A stretch of 64,000 nt of DNA from an uncultured Anaerolineales bacterium (GTDB lineage: Bacteria > Chloroflexota > Anaerolineae > Anaerolineales > UBA11858), in NCBI GenBank assembly GCA_964582965.1, contig CAZOUN010000004.1:923-64922 (forward strand). Direction: 5' to 3'. How positions within the stretch are numbered: position 1 is the first letter of the stretch; each line of letters opens with the position of its first letter. The translations under genes and the position numbers were made by a program. The notes below the pieces were generated by a model that had not been told where the DNA came from, did no database searches, and worked only from the letters and a program-made list of their open reading frames with translations. Positions 8,640 to 19,495 of the stretch are shown here, in pieces.

Positions 8640-11096
8640 TTAATCTTCTTGAGTAGTCTGAAGAATGTATCCTGGGGGTGCACAATACCAAATACCGAGA
8701 GAGGCCAATTGCTTGAGATCTGGATCGGGCGAATTTATATGGTCTTGCATATGGGGGATCAAATATTGGTCTCCCGACCGGCCCAGATAGGTCATCGATG
8801 CTTGCTTTTCCTCGGCTGTACCTGATTCCAGAACGATTAAGAGGGAATCTAAGACATTTTCGGGGTCGGGTTTACTAAGACCATGCTTGATAGTAAATTT
8901 GTCGAGCCAGGCGGTCAAATGAGCAGGGGGTTGATGTTTTGGTATGTAGGGAGAACCAGATTCGTGAATTTCGAATATTTGTTGAGCGAGATCCCTGACA
9001 ACCCATTCATCTTCATCAATTCGCATTTTATCAATAATCTCAATTGCCCACGATTCGGGTATCAGACTCAATCCGTGAACAACAGCATAACGGACAAGTA
9101 GATCGTCCATTAAAATACCTTCTCGTAAGGCTGGGTGGCCCTCGCTGCGATTCTGGGCCAGCGATTCGGCGGAAGCCCTTCGAAGAAGTTCGTTACCATG
9201 AAGAAGCCCTTCTGCAATCGCTTCTAAGGATCGAGGTGATCCAATTCTACTAAGTGCATAACAGGCACTAGTGGAGGACGGAAACGTGTCGTTGAGCTGC
9301 TGGATCAAGAATGGCACAGCTGAAAGGTCTTGAAGCAAACCAGAACCGATTGACGCAGCTCTCCGCGTATCCGGATCTGACGATTTCATTAGATGTTGAA
9401 ATATTCCCTTGATATCTTTGTTCGGGGATTTTGATAAAGCAGTGACCAGCCGAGCTTTTATTAGATAATTGGGATTTGATTGAATTTCCCCAGTGATAAG
9501 TTTCAGCAGGTTTAACTCTGCGGAGTTGTTAGGCTCAATATTAACCAGCCACAAACTGGCTCGGAGTATTTTCTCCTTTAATAAACTTTCATCCATTTGA
9601 ATTGATTTTAAATATGGCTGAATATCGTTGAATGCGGAGAAAAATCGCATTGTTTCGTGCATTAATGACCAGTCAGGTTGAGCTAATATTTGAGTGATTG
9701 AATTTTCACCAGAGCGAGTCAAAGCCCTGGCAGCTAAATAACCTCCGAAAGTCGGATAATAAAAGAAATATTCATCGGAGGTTGACCTTTGGAGAATGTT
9801 CATATCCAGCGCTGACTGAATAACTGGATTAAGTTGTGCAATCTTCCCGTTAGCCAATTCATGGGATTGGTCTTCCTTGATTGTTAATAACCAGGAATTA
9901 ATATCTTTCCTTGAAAAGGAACTTTTTTGCTGTTCCAACGCGTGCAAAGCAATCGCTTCTAGTGTTCGCAATGCTTCTTTGGAAATTGTTGAGAGGCTGC
10001 GTTTCAGATAGGATTCAACGGATCGAATAGCTGAAGGTCCGGTTATATCGCCAGCGTAGGCCGCTAGGGATTTGAGTGTGAATTCAAGGGGGGTTAAAAA
10101 TCTATCACTGACAACAAGCATGGAATTGCGAATCGCGTTTCTGTCTGTTAAGTAGTCACCGTTCTCAGACTGGGTAGCTGGCCAAGCGCGGGATAGTTTT
10201 TGCAAATACTGATATTTCTCTGTGTTTCCCCAGGGCGCGACAGATAGAAGGGACAATGGGGTTTTTACTAGATTTCCAAGGCAGGTAGGGGTAGCAGATA
10301 CAACAACTTGAAGATTTGGGAGCTTCAGACACAGGGCATTGATAAAGTTAGCTATTCTGTTTGTATCTGTGTAGGTCAGGAGATCAACATCGTCAATGAA
10401 TAATACTGCCGAGCCGGCATTTACCGTCGATGTAAAATATTTGACAAAATTAGGCGATGTGAGGAATACCTTATTCGCTTGGATTGCAGAGAGAATGATG
10501 GCGGGTATATCACTTCCGGGAAATTGTGCTAGTATGTGATGCGCTTTTACATAAAATGGTATCTTGGCGGGAAATTCACTGTCCGAATCTTCACTCCTGG
10601 ACAAGGAAATTATACAATCTGCGATCGCAGTGGTTTTGCCGCTTCCGGGATATCCGATCAGGCATATATTCGTATTGCCAGCGAGAGCTTTGAGTAATGT
10701 GAAACTACGGCCAAAATATTCTGACGATAATTCCGGCAGTCTTGGATCGTAACCAAACGACTGCTGGATCAAGCTAGAATCAAGCCCTTTGGAACCGGGT
10801 TGTATTAATGGGGGTGAGGCAATGCATTTTGGGGGAACAAGAATGCTTTCGAGGGGATAAAAATCAGAGGCGATGTGTAAGCCCTGCGCAAAGCGATAAA
10901 CGACTTTGATGTAATCAGCGTCTGATGAAATTGATAAACTGTTTCTGAAATTAATTAAGCCGCTGCTGGCTCGTGCAAAGAAGGATCTTAATCTTCTCCT
11001 GAAAACGAAATACAGGACGATCAGGAACACAATAATTATTGCGCCTGCAAAAAACGAGCTGAAGTCCAAATATATCTTGGGTAAGAACCTATCCAT
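8640..11096 (-). CDS. Membrane-anchored NACHT-like P-loop NTPase with C-terminal HEAT repeats
   Basis: N-terminal TM helix, Walker A GYPGSGKTT, Walker B VLFIDD, and HEAT-like units (DPDTRRAAS, NELLRRASAESL, DLLVRYAVVHGL, EWVVRDLA). Confidence 0.75.
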   Translation of the reverse strand: MDRFLPKIYLDFSSFFAGAIIIVFLIVLYFVFRRRLRSFFARASSGLINFRNSLSISSDADYIKVVYRFAQGLHIASDFYPLESILVPPKCIASPPLIQPGSKGLDSSLIQQSFGYDPRLPELSSEYFGRSFTLLKALAGNTNICLIGYPGSGKTTAIADCIISLSRSEDSDSEFPAKIPFYVKAHHILAQFPGSDIPAIILSAIQANKVFLTSPNFVKYFTSTVNAGSAVLFIDDVDLLTYTDTNRIANFINALCLKLPNLQVVVSATPTCLGNLVKTPLSLLSVAPWGNTEKYQYLQKLSRAWPATQSENGDYLTDRNAIRNSMLVVSDRFLTPLEFTLKSLAAYAGDITGPSAIRSVESYLKRSLSTISKEALRTLEAIALHALEQQKSSFSRKDINSWLLTIKEDQSHELANGKIAQLNPVIQSALDMNILQRSTSDEYFFYYPTFGGYLAARALTRSGENSITQILAQPDWSLMHETMRFFSAFNDIQPYLKSIQMDESLLKEKILRASLWLVNIEPNNSAELNLLKLITGEIQSNPNYLIKARLVTALSKSPNKDIKGIFQHLMKSSDPDTRRAASIGSGLLQDLSAVPFLIQQLNDTFPSSTSACYALSRIGSPRSLEAIAEGLLHGNELLRRASAESLAQNRSEGHPALREGILMDDLLVRYAVVHGLSLIPESWAIEIIDKMRIDEDEWVVRDLAQQIFEIHESGSPYIPKHQPPAHLTAWLDKFTIKHGLSKPDPENVLDSLLIVLESGTAEEKQASMTYLGRSGDQYLIPHMQDHINSPDPDLKQLASLGIWYCAPPGYILQTTQED

Positions 11097-11116
11097 ATAT
11101 TATTCGAGTTTTCTGC

Positions 11117-11818
11117 CTAGCCCGGATGAAGGACTCTTCTGCAAGTTGGGCAAAAAGCCAATTTTACAGGAGACCTGGCTTCTTGTGCAATTGCTGAAGG
11201 AATATTGGCACCGCAGGAAGAGCAGCTGTCTGAGATCATCAGCGTAACAGCAATGCCCCCTGATGATTTCCTGATTGATTGATAGGTCGGGAGATCAGGA
11301 ATATCATTAGAGGAAATGAAGGTTTCCTTGTGATTTGTAAGCTCAACGATTGAATGCTTCAGGTCTACTTTTTCAGAATTCAAGGCAGAGGAATCAGATT
11401 CGATTTTTGATCTAATGGAAGCCATAATTGACGAGGTTAGATCAAATTCATTTTGAGCCTCTTCCATTTCGAGCATGGCTTCAAGCTGTCTTTCCTCGAG
11501 AACTGAGAGATGCCTTTTGAGAGATTCTGATTCCAATTGAATATCTTCCAGTTCTTTTGGATTGGTAACTGAACCACTATATAATTTTTTTTGATTTTGA
11601 TCGATTTTTAGGGAATGATCTCCAACCACAACTTCGGCGGAAGCCAGGACTTTCTTTTTTGTTAGCAAGGCAATCTCTTTAATGCTGTGGTCCTTTTGCG
11701 CATCATCAAGCGATTTGGTATCCCCCAGAAGTATATCGATATCTCGAATGCGCTTTGTTGCGTTATCGATTTGGGTATCTAATTGCTGTACTTGATAGAG
11801 AGTTTTTGATCGTCCCAT
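11117..11818 (-). CDS. Coiled-coil protein with C4 zinc ribbon (DUF164/CT398-like)
   Basis: LYQVQQLD start, long heptad region, C-terminal CSSC...CPTCRRVL. Confidence 0.88.
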   Translation of the reverse strand: MGRSKTLYQVQQLDTQIDNATKRIRDIDILLGDTKSLDDAQKDHSIKEIALLTKKKVLASAEVVVGDHSLKIDQNQKKLYSGSVTNPKELEDIQLESESLKRHLSVLEERQLEAMLEMEEAQNEFDLTSSIMASIRSKIESDSSALNSEKVDLKHSIVELTNHKETFISSNDIPDLPTYQSIRKSSGGIAVTLMISDSCSSCGANIPSAIAQEARSPVKLAFCPTCRRVLHPG

Positions 11819-11915
11819 TTTTCAATTAATTCCAATAAGATTTTGTCTGATGAGATTATAGATGTGTAAATCAATCGTAACAAGGGGCAGATTTAAAAGC
11901 TGATAAAATAAAACC

Positions 11916-13457
11916 ATGTTTGAAAGGCGATTGCCCTTTTTTATCTGTGCCATTGTGATTGTGATGATAATCGCGCCTTATTTGTTTGCGGTGCAAATGA
12001 ATACGGTCGATACTGTCTTCGGTGGATTTCTAATTAATCCGATCGATGGGCATTCATATCTGGCAAAGATGCAGCAAGGTTTCCGAGGCGATTGGAGATT
12101 TGTTCTTCCCTATACCGCTGAGGCAGGTAATGGCGCGTATTTATTCCTTTTTTACCTTGGGCTGGGCCATCTTGGCAGAATTCTGGGACTGCCGCTTCTT
12201 GTTGTATTTCATGTATTTCGATTGATTGGCGCGATCTTGCTTCTTGGCGTTCTGTTTGTTTTTACCGATCGGCTATTTGAAGAAAAACGTTTAAAGAACC
12301 TTGCATTTGTGATCTGCGTTTTGGGATCAGGCCTGGGTTGGCTAGCGATATTCGCTGGAATGTTTACGAGCGATTTCTGGGTAGCTGAAGCGTACCCATT
12401 CCTGTCAATGTATACAAACCCCCATTTTAGCATCGGATTAGCGCTGATGATCCTGGCGTTTATGCCAGATAGAATACCTTCCATATTCGAAGAACTAACA
12501 CTTGGATTAACATTGGGTATTATCCAACCTTTTGCTGTAGCGATAGTCGTCATCGTTAAGGTAGTTAAATATCTCCTGGATTTGGTTGAAGATGTTAAAA
12601 AGGATAGGGGAGATAGGAAAGTGTTAAAAACAGGAGCTTTATTCCCACTAGTTGCATTTGCTAGCGGGGGAGGTTTGATCCTGGTATATCAGTATTGGAT
12701 CATCAGAACTGACCCCGTACTTTCTTTGTGGAACAACCAAAATATTACCGTATCTCCTAATCTAATTGATTTGGTAATTTCTTTATCTCCGGTTTTGATC
12801 CTAGCTGGGGTAGGTGTCGGAGCAGCATGGCAAAAGGAAAAAGGAAAGATTTTGGTGATATGGGCCCTGACCAGCCTGCTTTTGATTTTTGTGCCCTGGA
12901 ATTTACAGCGCAGATTTTTAACAGGAATATATGTGCCGCTAGCCGTATTAGCTGTCTACGGGCTAATAGATCTAGATCGGCATAAGCGTCTACCTCTGCG
13001 CTCGGCTGTAATAATACTTATAGTATTAATCATTCCAACTAATATCATAATCTTGGTATCTGGTATCCAGGCAGCGGTGTTGACAGATGAAAAGATTTAC
13101 CATGAGAGAGAAATATATTCCGGATTGGATTGGATCAATGAGAATACTGCTCCTGGTGATTTGATTCTGGCCGACGAGGAAGTTGGTTTGCTGGTCCCTT
13201 CGATCACTGGCAGAAGAGTAATATATGGACATCCATTTGAAACGGTAAACGCTGAAATTGAGACGCAATTCCTGCGGGAATTTATGGATAATAATCAAAC
13301 AGACCAGTTCTATGAAATGAACATCGCTGAAAGAGAAATAGATGTTATATTTTTGACCAATGAAGTATCAGATAATCTGGAAAGATGGATTGCGGCAAAT
13401 GGGTTTACAGTAGATTATGAAAATGAACTGGTGCGAATTTTCCTTATAGGGGAGTAA
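11916..13457 (+). CDS. Multi-TM membrane protein, probable GT-C glycosyltransferase (type A)
   Basis: First loop DGHSYLAKM, many TM helices, soluble C-terminal domain with DLILAD...TGRRVIYGH. Confidence 0.6.
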   Translation: MFERRLPFFICAIVIVMIIAPYLFAVQMNTVDTVFGGFLINPIDGHSYLAKMQQGFRGDWRFVLPYTAEAGNGAYLFLFYLGLGHLGRILGLPLLVVFHVFRLIGAILLLGVLFVFTDRLFEEKRLKNLAFVICVLGSGLGWLAIFAGMFTSDFWVAEAYPFLSMYTNPHFSIGLALMILAFMPDRIPSIFEELTLGLTLGIIQPFAVAIVVIVKVVKYLLDLVEDVKKDRGDRKVLKTGALFPLVAFASGGGLILVYQYWIIRTDPVLSLWNNQNITVSPNLIDLVISLSPVLILAGVGVGAAWQKEKGKILVIWALTSLLLIFVPWNLQRRFLTGIYVPLAVLAVYGLIDLDRHKRLPLRSAVIILIVLIIPTNIIILVSGIQAAVLTDEKIYHEREIYSGLDWINENTAPGDLILADEEVGLLVPSITGRRVIYGHPFETVNAEIETQFLREFMDNNQTDQFYEMNIAEREIDVIFLTNEVSDNLERWIAANGFTVDYENELVRIFLIGE

Positions 13458-15592
13458 TGACGAATTTAGTGGACGGCTATCAAGCAAAATCCCGAAATAA
13501 AGATACCGCTGGCGTTTCTCGCTGGCTGATTGTCCTAATATTCTTAATACCGATAGTGATATATTTACCGGGGATCTTTGGCAAAATTCCATTTCCTTCA
13601 GAATCAGCATTATATTCGGACCTGATGCTAACGCATTATCCCAACGCTTTATATTTGAAAAACTCCATACTGGAATTTCAACAAATTCCGCTATGGTCGA
13701 CTTTTATACATTCAGGATCGCCTTTTGCGGCCAATCCATTGGCAGGGCTGTTCTATTTACCAGGCTGGTTGGCCATTTTATTCCCGCTGCCAGCAGGTAT
13801 TAGTGTCATCCTGGCCGCGCATGCTGTGTTTGCTACCTGGGGAATGTACTTATTTTTGAAGGATGAGAATATTGGGGAATTAAGCGCGATAGCTGGGGGA
13901 TTAATAATGGGTCTAATGCCCAAAGTGGCGGCGCATTACGGTGCAGGCCATGTATCTTTGATCTACGCAATTAGTTGGACACCGTGGCTATTTCTGGTCA
14001 GCAGGAATGATCAAAAGGGTTGGAAGACAGGAATCATTGCCGCGCTCTTATTTCTAGCAGATCCGCGTTGGGCTGTTTATGCAGGGCTAATGTGGGTGAC
14101 CTACGATATTGCGCATAGACACAATATAGGGCTTAAGGCTCTTGCAATTTATTATCTGAAATCCGGAATTACCGCATTGTTGATTGCTTCGCCTATCATT
14201 ATTCCCCTTTATGAATTTGTTGGTTTATCTACTCGACCCAAAATGGTTGTGGAAGATATCCTGACACATTCACTTTCACCAGAAAAAATATTAGGTTTGA
14301 TCATACCAAAAGGTGGAGGAAATCCAGAATGGGTTCTCTATTCTGGCGGGATTGTGTTCGGATTAACTATATTTCAGGTATTTGTAAAACAAGTCAGAAG
14401 GGATAATAAATTTTGGAATATTTGGGTTCTGATAAGTTTGTTGTTTTCTTTTGGTTCTTGGTGGATTAATCCTGATTGGTTTATCAATATACCGATTCTT
14501 TCATTGCTCCGTGTACCAGCACGTGCGTTATTTTTAGTGGGATTCTCTTTAGCGGTTATTGCTGCCAGGTCAATAGATTTTCTGGGTTCCAGCGATCTAG
14601 ATATAAATAATATTTCAAAAATTGCTTTTGGAATTGGGCTAACTTCTCTCGGTCTGGCTGTTCCAATTTCTTTTCTGCTGGGGGAAATTTCATTATTTGT
14701 TATTTGGGGTTTTGGATTTCTGTTTATCCTGTCTATACTAATACTGGTAAAAAGAATAGGATTTAGCGCCGAAAAATGGTCCTGGGCAATTATGGGATTA
14801 ATCGTAATAGATCTCCTCGGGGCAGGACTGCAAAGTTATCATTTAAAAGATTTGGATAAGAATCTGCCAGAAATATTGGCCTGGATAGAAGAAGACCCGG
14901 ATAATTTCCGCATTTATTCTCCTTCATACAGTCTCCCTCAATATTTAGCGGTAGATAATGGGATAGAGCTAGCTGATGGCGTAGACCCTTTGCAGTTAAC
15001 AGACTATTCGGAATTTATGGCTAAAGCTACAGGTGTAACTACGGCTGGGTATTCCGTTACTATTCCTTCTTTTAGATCTGGTAATCCTGCGGTTGATAAC
15101 ATCAGCGCAGTACCAGACGCTTTTTTATTAAGCTTAATAAATGTAAAATATGTAATATCTGAATTTACTGTAGAGAATTCAAATTTGCAGGAAATAATCA
15201 CGAATGACCAACAATATTTATATAGGAATAACTACTTATCGGAAAGGGCCTGGGTTGAACAAGTTCCTAATAATTACCAGGAATATCAAAATGAGGGTTT
15301 AGGGCATGTTCAGAATATAGAGCTAACACCTAATCGGATTCATTTATTAGCAACTGGTCCGGGAAAGCTGGTTTTGTCTGAGGTTTTTTACCCTGGTTGG
15401 AAGGTAATGGTAGACGGAGAGAAAAAAACTGTAGAAAAAGCCTATGGATTATTACGAGGGGTTTATCTGTCAGAGGGCGAACATGAAGTTGAGTTTTATT
15501 TTCAACCGCTCCCTGTTTATTTTGGAATTGGCCTGGCGTGGATAGGCTGGATAATAGCATTGTGGCAGATATTAAAAAATAATGATGATTGA
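13457..15592 (+). CDS. YfhO-like GT-C membrane glycosyltransferase (type B)
   Basis: PLWS...SGSPFAANP loop and C-terminal LVLSEVFYPGWKVMVDG YfhO motif; TAATG overlap with the upstream gene. Confidence 0.75.
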   Translation: MTNLVDGYQAKSRNKDTAGVSRWLIVLIFLIPIVIYLPGIFGKIPFPSESALYSDLMLTHYPNALYLKNSILEFQQIPLWSTFIHSGSPFAANPLAGLFYLPGWLAILFPLPAGISVILAAHAVFATWGMYLFLKDENIGELSAIAGGLIMGLMPKVAAHYGAGHVSLIYAISWTPWLFLVSRNDQKGWKTGIIAALLFLADPRWAVYAGLMWVTYDIAHRHNIGLKALAIYYLKSGITALLIASPIIIPLYEFVGLSTRPKMVVEDILTHSLSPEKILGLIIPKGGGNPEWVLYSGGIVFGLTIFQVFVKQVRRDNKFWNIWVLISLLFSFGSWWINPDWFINIPILSLLRVPARALFLVGFSLAVIAARSIDFLGSSDLDINNISKIAFGIGLTSLGLAVPISFLLGEISLFVIWGFGFLFILSILILVKRIGFSAEKWSWAIMGLIVIDLLGAGLQSYHLKDLDKNLPEILAWIEEDPDNFRIYSPSYSLPQYLAVDNGIELADGVDPLQLTDYSEFMAKATGVTTAGYSVTIPSFRSGNPAVDNISAVPDAFLLSLINVKYVISEFTVENSNLQEIITNDQQYLYRNNYLSERAWVEQVPNNYQEYQNEGLGHVQNIELTPNRIHLLATGPGKLVLSEVFYPGWKVMVDGEKKTVEKAYGLLRGVYLSEGEHEVEFYFQPLPVYFGIGLAWIGWIIALWQILKNNDD

Positions 15593-17192
15593 ATACTTCA
15601 GAGAACGAAAAAAAATTATATTATTTGCAGTGATTGTAATGGCAATCACTCTAATTCCCTACTTAATTGGCTACGCCCAACAGGGAGAAGAATGGCGTTA
15701 TACCGGATTTACAATTGGTGTTGAAGACGGAAATTCTTACCTTGCAAAGATGCTTTCGGGGGCATCGGGAAACTGGCTATTTAGATCACCTCACAGCGCA
15801 ATTGACCAGAAAGGTGTCGTTGCATTTTTGCCGTATATAATACTTGGAAAACTCGCTGCGGGAACTGCTCAGCACGATCAATTAATTGTTTTATATCATC
15901 TGGCCCGATTGGTATTTGGGGGATTTGCTATCCTGGCTACTTATGATTTTATTTCTATATTTTTAAAGAAAGAAAATTTGCGGTGGTGGGCGTTGATGCT
16001 AATTACATTGGGAGGAGGACTTGGTTGGATACTGGTAGCGATCAGTCAAAAGGATTTCTTAGGTTCTCTGCCACTAGAGTTTATATCCCCTGAAAGTTTT
16101 GGATTCCTTGGGATATTTGGTTTCCCTCATCTAGCGGCTGCCAGAGCGTTTTTCTTGTGGGGTTTATTCTTATTTATCAAAAAAAAGGATGGATACTTGG
16201 CGGGAATATTATGGCTGATAATGGGGTTCTTCCAGCCTATGGTTGTGTTTATCGCTTGGGTGGTCATTGGCGGCTATGTTATTACTGTTGTATTAGTCAG
16301 CTATGTTGATACTAAAAAGAGTTTCTGCATTTCTGACGAATTTATTAAGAATTTATTTGTCAAAGCCATCCAGGCTGTTTTATTCTCGGCTCCAATTGCG
16401 ATCTATACGGCATACATATTTTTAGTTGATCCATATCTTAAGGCCTGGGCTGTGCAGAACCGGGTCCTATCTCCGCATATTATTCACTACGTTATTGCCT
16501 ACGGTCTGGTACTTCCATTTACGATCTCTGGAGTTTGGAATTTTATTAAAGCTAAAAAAGTAGAAAGCTTATTATTGGCCAGTTGGTTAATTTTGTCACC
16601 TATTTTAATATATGCACCAGTTGTTACGCAGAGAAGATTAGCAGAAGGGATTTGGGTAGTATTAATTCTTGGGTTGATTGGGAACTATACCGAAACGGGC
16701 AAAATACCAACGGCTATAAAAGGATTGGGACTAACCCTTTTACCATCAACCCTCTTTATTGTCTTAGGATCGATAATGATGGCTGCAAATCCATCTGAGC
16801 CGGTATTTAGGAATATTGATGAAGTAAGCGCTTACGAATTTATAGCATTATCGGCGGAAAAGGATGATATCGTTTTATCTTCATTTCAAATTGGAAATAA
16901 TCTGCCTGCCTGGGCACCCATTCGGGTAGTAATGGGGCATGGACCAGAAACGATAGGGCTGATAGAAATTGAAGAACGAGTGAACGACTATTTCAACCGG
17001 GAAGGAAGACACTGGGAATGTGGACAAATATACTCGGAATTCAATGTAGATTATTTATTTTGGGGACCTGTAGAGCAAATGACATGGAATACAGATCCAA
17101 TGGACTACGATTGTCTGACCCGGATATATAATAAAGGGGATTATTCTATCTTTGAAGTGGATCATCAAGATGTGAGAAATTTACCAGAATGA
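15582..17192 (+). CDS. Multi-TM membrane protein, probable GT-C (type A paralogue of 11916..13457)
   Basis: DGNSYLAKM loop, TM helices, DIVLSS...PIRVVMGHGPET C-terminal domain. Confidence 0.6.
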   Translation: MMIEYFRERKKIILFAVIVMAITLIPYLIGYAQQGEEWRYTGFTIGVEDGNSYLAKMLSGASGNWLFRSPHSAIDQKGVVAFLPYIILGKLAAGTAQHDQLIVLYHLARLVFGGFAILATYDFISIFLKKENLRWWALMLITLGGGLGWILVAISQKDFLGSLPLEFISPESFGFLGIFGFPHLAAARAFFLWGLFLFIKKKDGYLAGILWLIMGFFQPMVVFIAWVVIGGYVITVVLVSYVDTKKSFCISDEFIKNLFVKAIQAVLFSAPIAIYTAYIFLVDPYLKAWAVQNRVLSPHIIHYVIAYGLVLPFTISGVWNFIKAKKVESLLLASWLILSPILIYAPVVTQRRLAEGIWVVLILGLIGNYTETGKIPTAIKGLGLTLLPSTLFIVLGSIMMAANPSEPVFRNIDEVSAYEFIALSAEKDDIVLSSFQIGNNLPAWAPIRVVMGHGPETIGLIEIEERVNDYFNREGRHWECGQIYSEFNVDYLFWGPVEQMTWNTDPMDYDCLTRIYNKGDYSIFEVDHQDVRNLPE

Positions 17193-19495
17193 AACGATTG
17201 CTAACAAAACCATATCTACCGATAATAATTGCGCCACTAATTCTTTTTGCTCCCTTGATTTTGGCGAAAAAGGCGCTTGTTTGGGGCACCGTATCAACCC
17301 AGTTTATTCCCTGGTGGGATTTTGCTTGGGAAACCTTATTGCATGGCCGGCTTCCATTATGGAATCCATGGGTTGGGATGGGGGCTCCACTGCTAGCCAA
17401 TTATCAATCAGCAATCTTCTATCCTCCTTACTGGTCCCTCCTATTGATTTATGCTATTGCCGGCGTAAAATGGATGAGCTGGAGTATTTCTGGTGTTGTG
17501 GTTTTCCATTTGATTTGGAGCGGATTGGGGACAGTTAAACTGCTGGAAGAACTGGAACTTGGAAAGTTAGCACAGGTCGTAGGAGGACTGGCTTTTTCGC
17601 TTTCCGGGTATTTGATTGCCAGAGCAAGCTTCCTCAGCATCAATGCGGCTGCTGCATGGCTCCCCTGGATATTGTTGTACAGCTTGCGATTGATCAAAGG
17701 AAAGAAAAAAGCTTTCTGGGCCTTGAGTATAGTTATGGCTTTTCAACTGCTTGCGGGACATGCTCAGACGGCCTGGTACTCGATTCTTCTTGGCGGTATT
17801 TGGGTTTCTTTCCTAGCTGTCAAAAATCATTTAGTGAAAATCAAAAACAAAAAAGCCTGGCATTTTATCTATAAGTACATCCTTGCTGGATTATTAGGTG
17901 CAGGCCTAAGCGCCATACAATTGATACCCACCGCAGAATATCTTCTTCAATCCCAAAGATCAGGAGAATATGGATATGTTGAGGCCATGACATATTCCTT
18001 TTGGCCCTGGAGGTTCCTGACTCTGCTTGTGCCAAATCTGTTTGGGAACCCTGCAACTGGAAACTATTGGGGTTATGGTAATTTTTGGGAAGATGCTGTA
18101 TATATCGGTTTGCTGCCTATACTGATAACCGTGGGAATCGTAATAAGATCTATTTTGGGCCAATCAAAAAGTGATCGCGGGAAAAAGGAAAATTATCAGC
18201 GAGGGATAATCGCGTTTTTCAGCAGTATCGTTTTTATTAGTTTCGTGTTGGCACTTGGATCCAATACATTTCTGTTCCCGTTTTTATATCGGCACATTCC
18301 GACCTTTGGAACTTTCCAGGCACCAACGCGGTTCAGTTTGTGGGCTGAAATTGCTCTGGCGGTATTAGCCGGGATGGGAATAGACCAATTAACACAAGTG
18401 TCGGGGAAAAGGAAATACTGGATTAGGTTGGCTGCCGCAGGGTGTGTCGCAGTTATTGGGGCTGCTTTGATTGGATGGAAATTCTTGATAGATGTAAAAA
18501 CGACTTTTTTCATCCCCATCGGAGTGGCAGGAATATTCGGTCTGGGAACCGCGTTATTGATATTGTACCAACCTGATCGGGACAAAATATTAAAATTCAA
18601 AATTTGGAACGGTCTGGTGATATTTCTGGTTGCTGTGGATCTAATTATCGCAGGTTGGGGCTTGAACCCGGGTGTTGATATTGATTTTTACGAAAAGGAT
18701 TCCCCGCAAAATAGAGAAACAAGAACTTTTATAACTTCAGATCTGGAATATGACTTGAAGTTCAGAAAGTATTTCAGATTTGAAACGTTTTCTCCTGAAG
18801 TTCCCTGGAAAGACATGCGCCAGGACTTGCTTCCAAACCTGCCGATGCTACAACGAATGGAAATGGTGAATAATTTCGATCCTCTGGTTCCGGTACGATA
18901 TCAAACCTGGATGGAAGAGTACAACAAATTAACTGGGAAAGATCAACACCAAATGACTGATCTGATGCGCATTGGAGAAATAGTTTCCGAATCTGACGGC
19001 CAAGTGCATAAGTTTTACAATCAACCCGTTGAGTTAAATAATGAAGTTAAAATAAGCAATTTGATCGAAATCTCAAACGACAACCAAAAAATCCTTGATC
19101 AAATTATCGATCAAAGGATAGATTTTTCAAATAATGTGATCTTGTCTTCATCTTCAGCTGCTGTCGAAGCTGATTGCCAGAGCAAAGGTGATGGAGAGGT
19201 GTGGTTAAATGAAAAAGCCCCGGGGTATATTAAAGTCAACGCTGAACTTAATGAAAACAGTTGGCTGTTCTGGTCTCAATCCTGGTATCCCGGATGGATA
19301 GCAATTATCGATGGAAAACAGCGCACAGAAGTAGAAAGGGCTAATTATCTTTTCCAGGCTGTATGTGTTCCGAAGGGTGAACACATCGTGGAAATAATAT
19401 ATCGTCCATTAGCTTTTTACGTAGGAGCGGGAATAACTTTAGCGTGTCTAGCCTTTATGGTATCAGCGGGGTTAATTAATAAGAAGAAAAACTAA
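17189..19495 (+). CDS. YfhO-like GT-C membrane glycosyltransferase (type B paralogue of 13457..15592)
   Basis: PLWNPW..MGAPLLANYQ loop and WSQSWYPGW.A.IDG motif; ATGA overlap with the upstream gene. Confidence 0.75.
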   Translation: MKRLLTKPYLPIIIAPLILFAPLILAKKALVWGTVSTQFIPWWDFAWETLLHGRLPLWNPWVGMGAPLLANYQSAIFYPPYWSLLLIYAIAGVKWMSWSISGVVVFHLIWSGLGTVKLLEELELGKLAQVVGGLAFSLSGYLIARASFLSINAAAAWLPWILLYSLRLIKGKKKAFWALSIVMAFQLLAGHAQTAWYSILLGGIWVSFLAVKNHLVKIKNKKAWHFIYKYILAGLLGAGLSAIQLIPTAEYLLQSQRSGEYGYVEAMTYSFWPWRFLTLLVPNLFGNPATGNYWGYGNFWEDAVYIGLLPILITVGIVIRSILGQSKSDRGKKENYQRGIIAFFSSIVFISFVLALGSNTFLFPFLYRHIPTFGTFQAPTRFSLWAEIALAVLAGMGIDQLTQVSGKRKYWIRLAAAGCVAVIGAALIGWKFLIDVKTTFFIPIGVAGIFGLGTALLILYQPDRDKILKFKIWNGLVIFLVAVDLIIAGWGLNPGVDIDFYEKDSPQNRETRTFITSDLEYDLKFRKYFRFETFSPEVPWKDMRQDLLPNLPMLQRMEMVNNFDPLVPVRYQTWMEEYNKLTGKDQHQMTDLMRIGEIVSESDGQVHKFYNQPVELNNEVKISNLIEISNDNQKILDQIIDQRIDFSNNVILSSSSAAVEADCQSKGDGEVWLNEKAPGYIKVNAELNENSWLFWSQSWYPGWIAIIDGKQRTEVERANYLFQAVCVPKGEHIVEIIYRPLAFYVGAGITLACLAFMVSAGLINKKKN

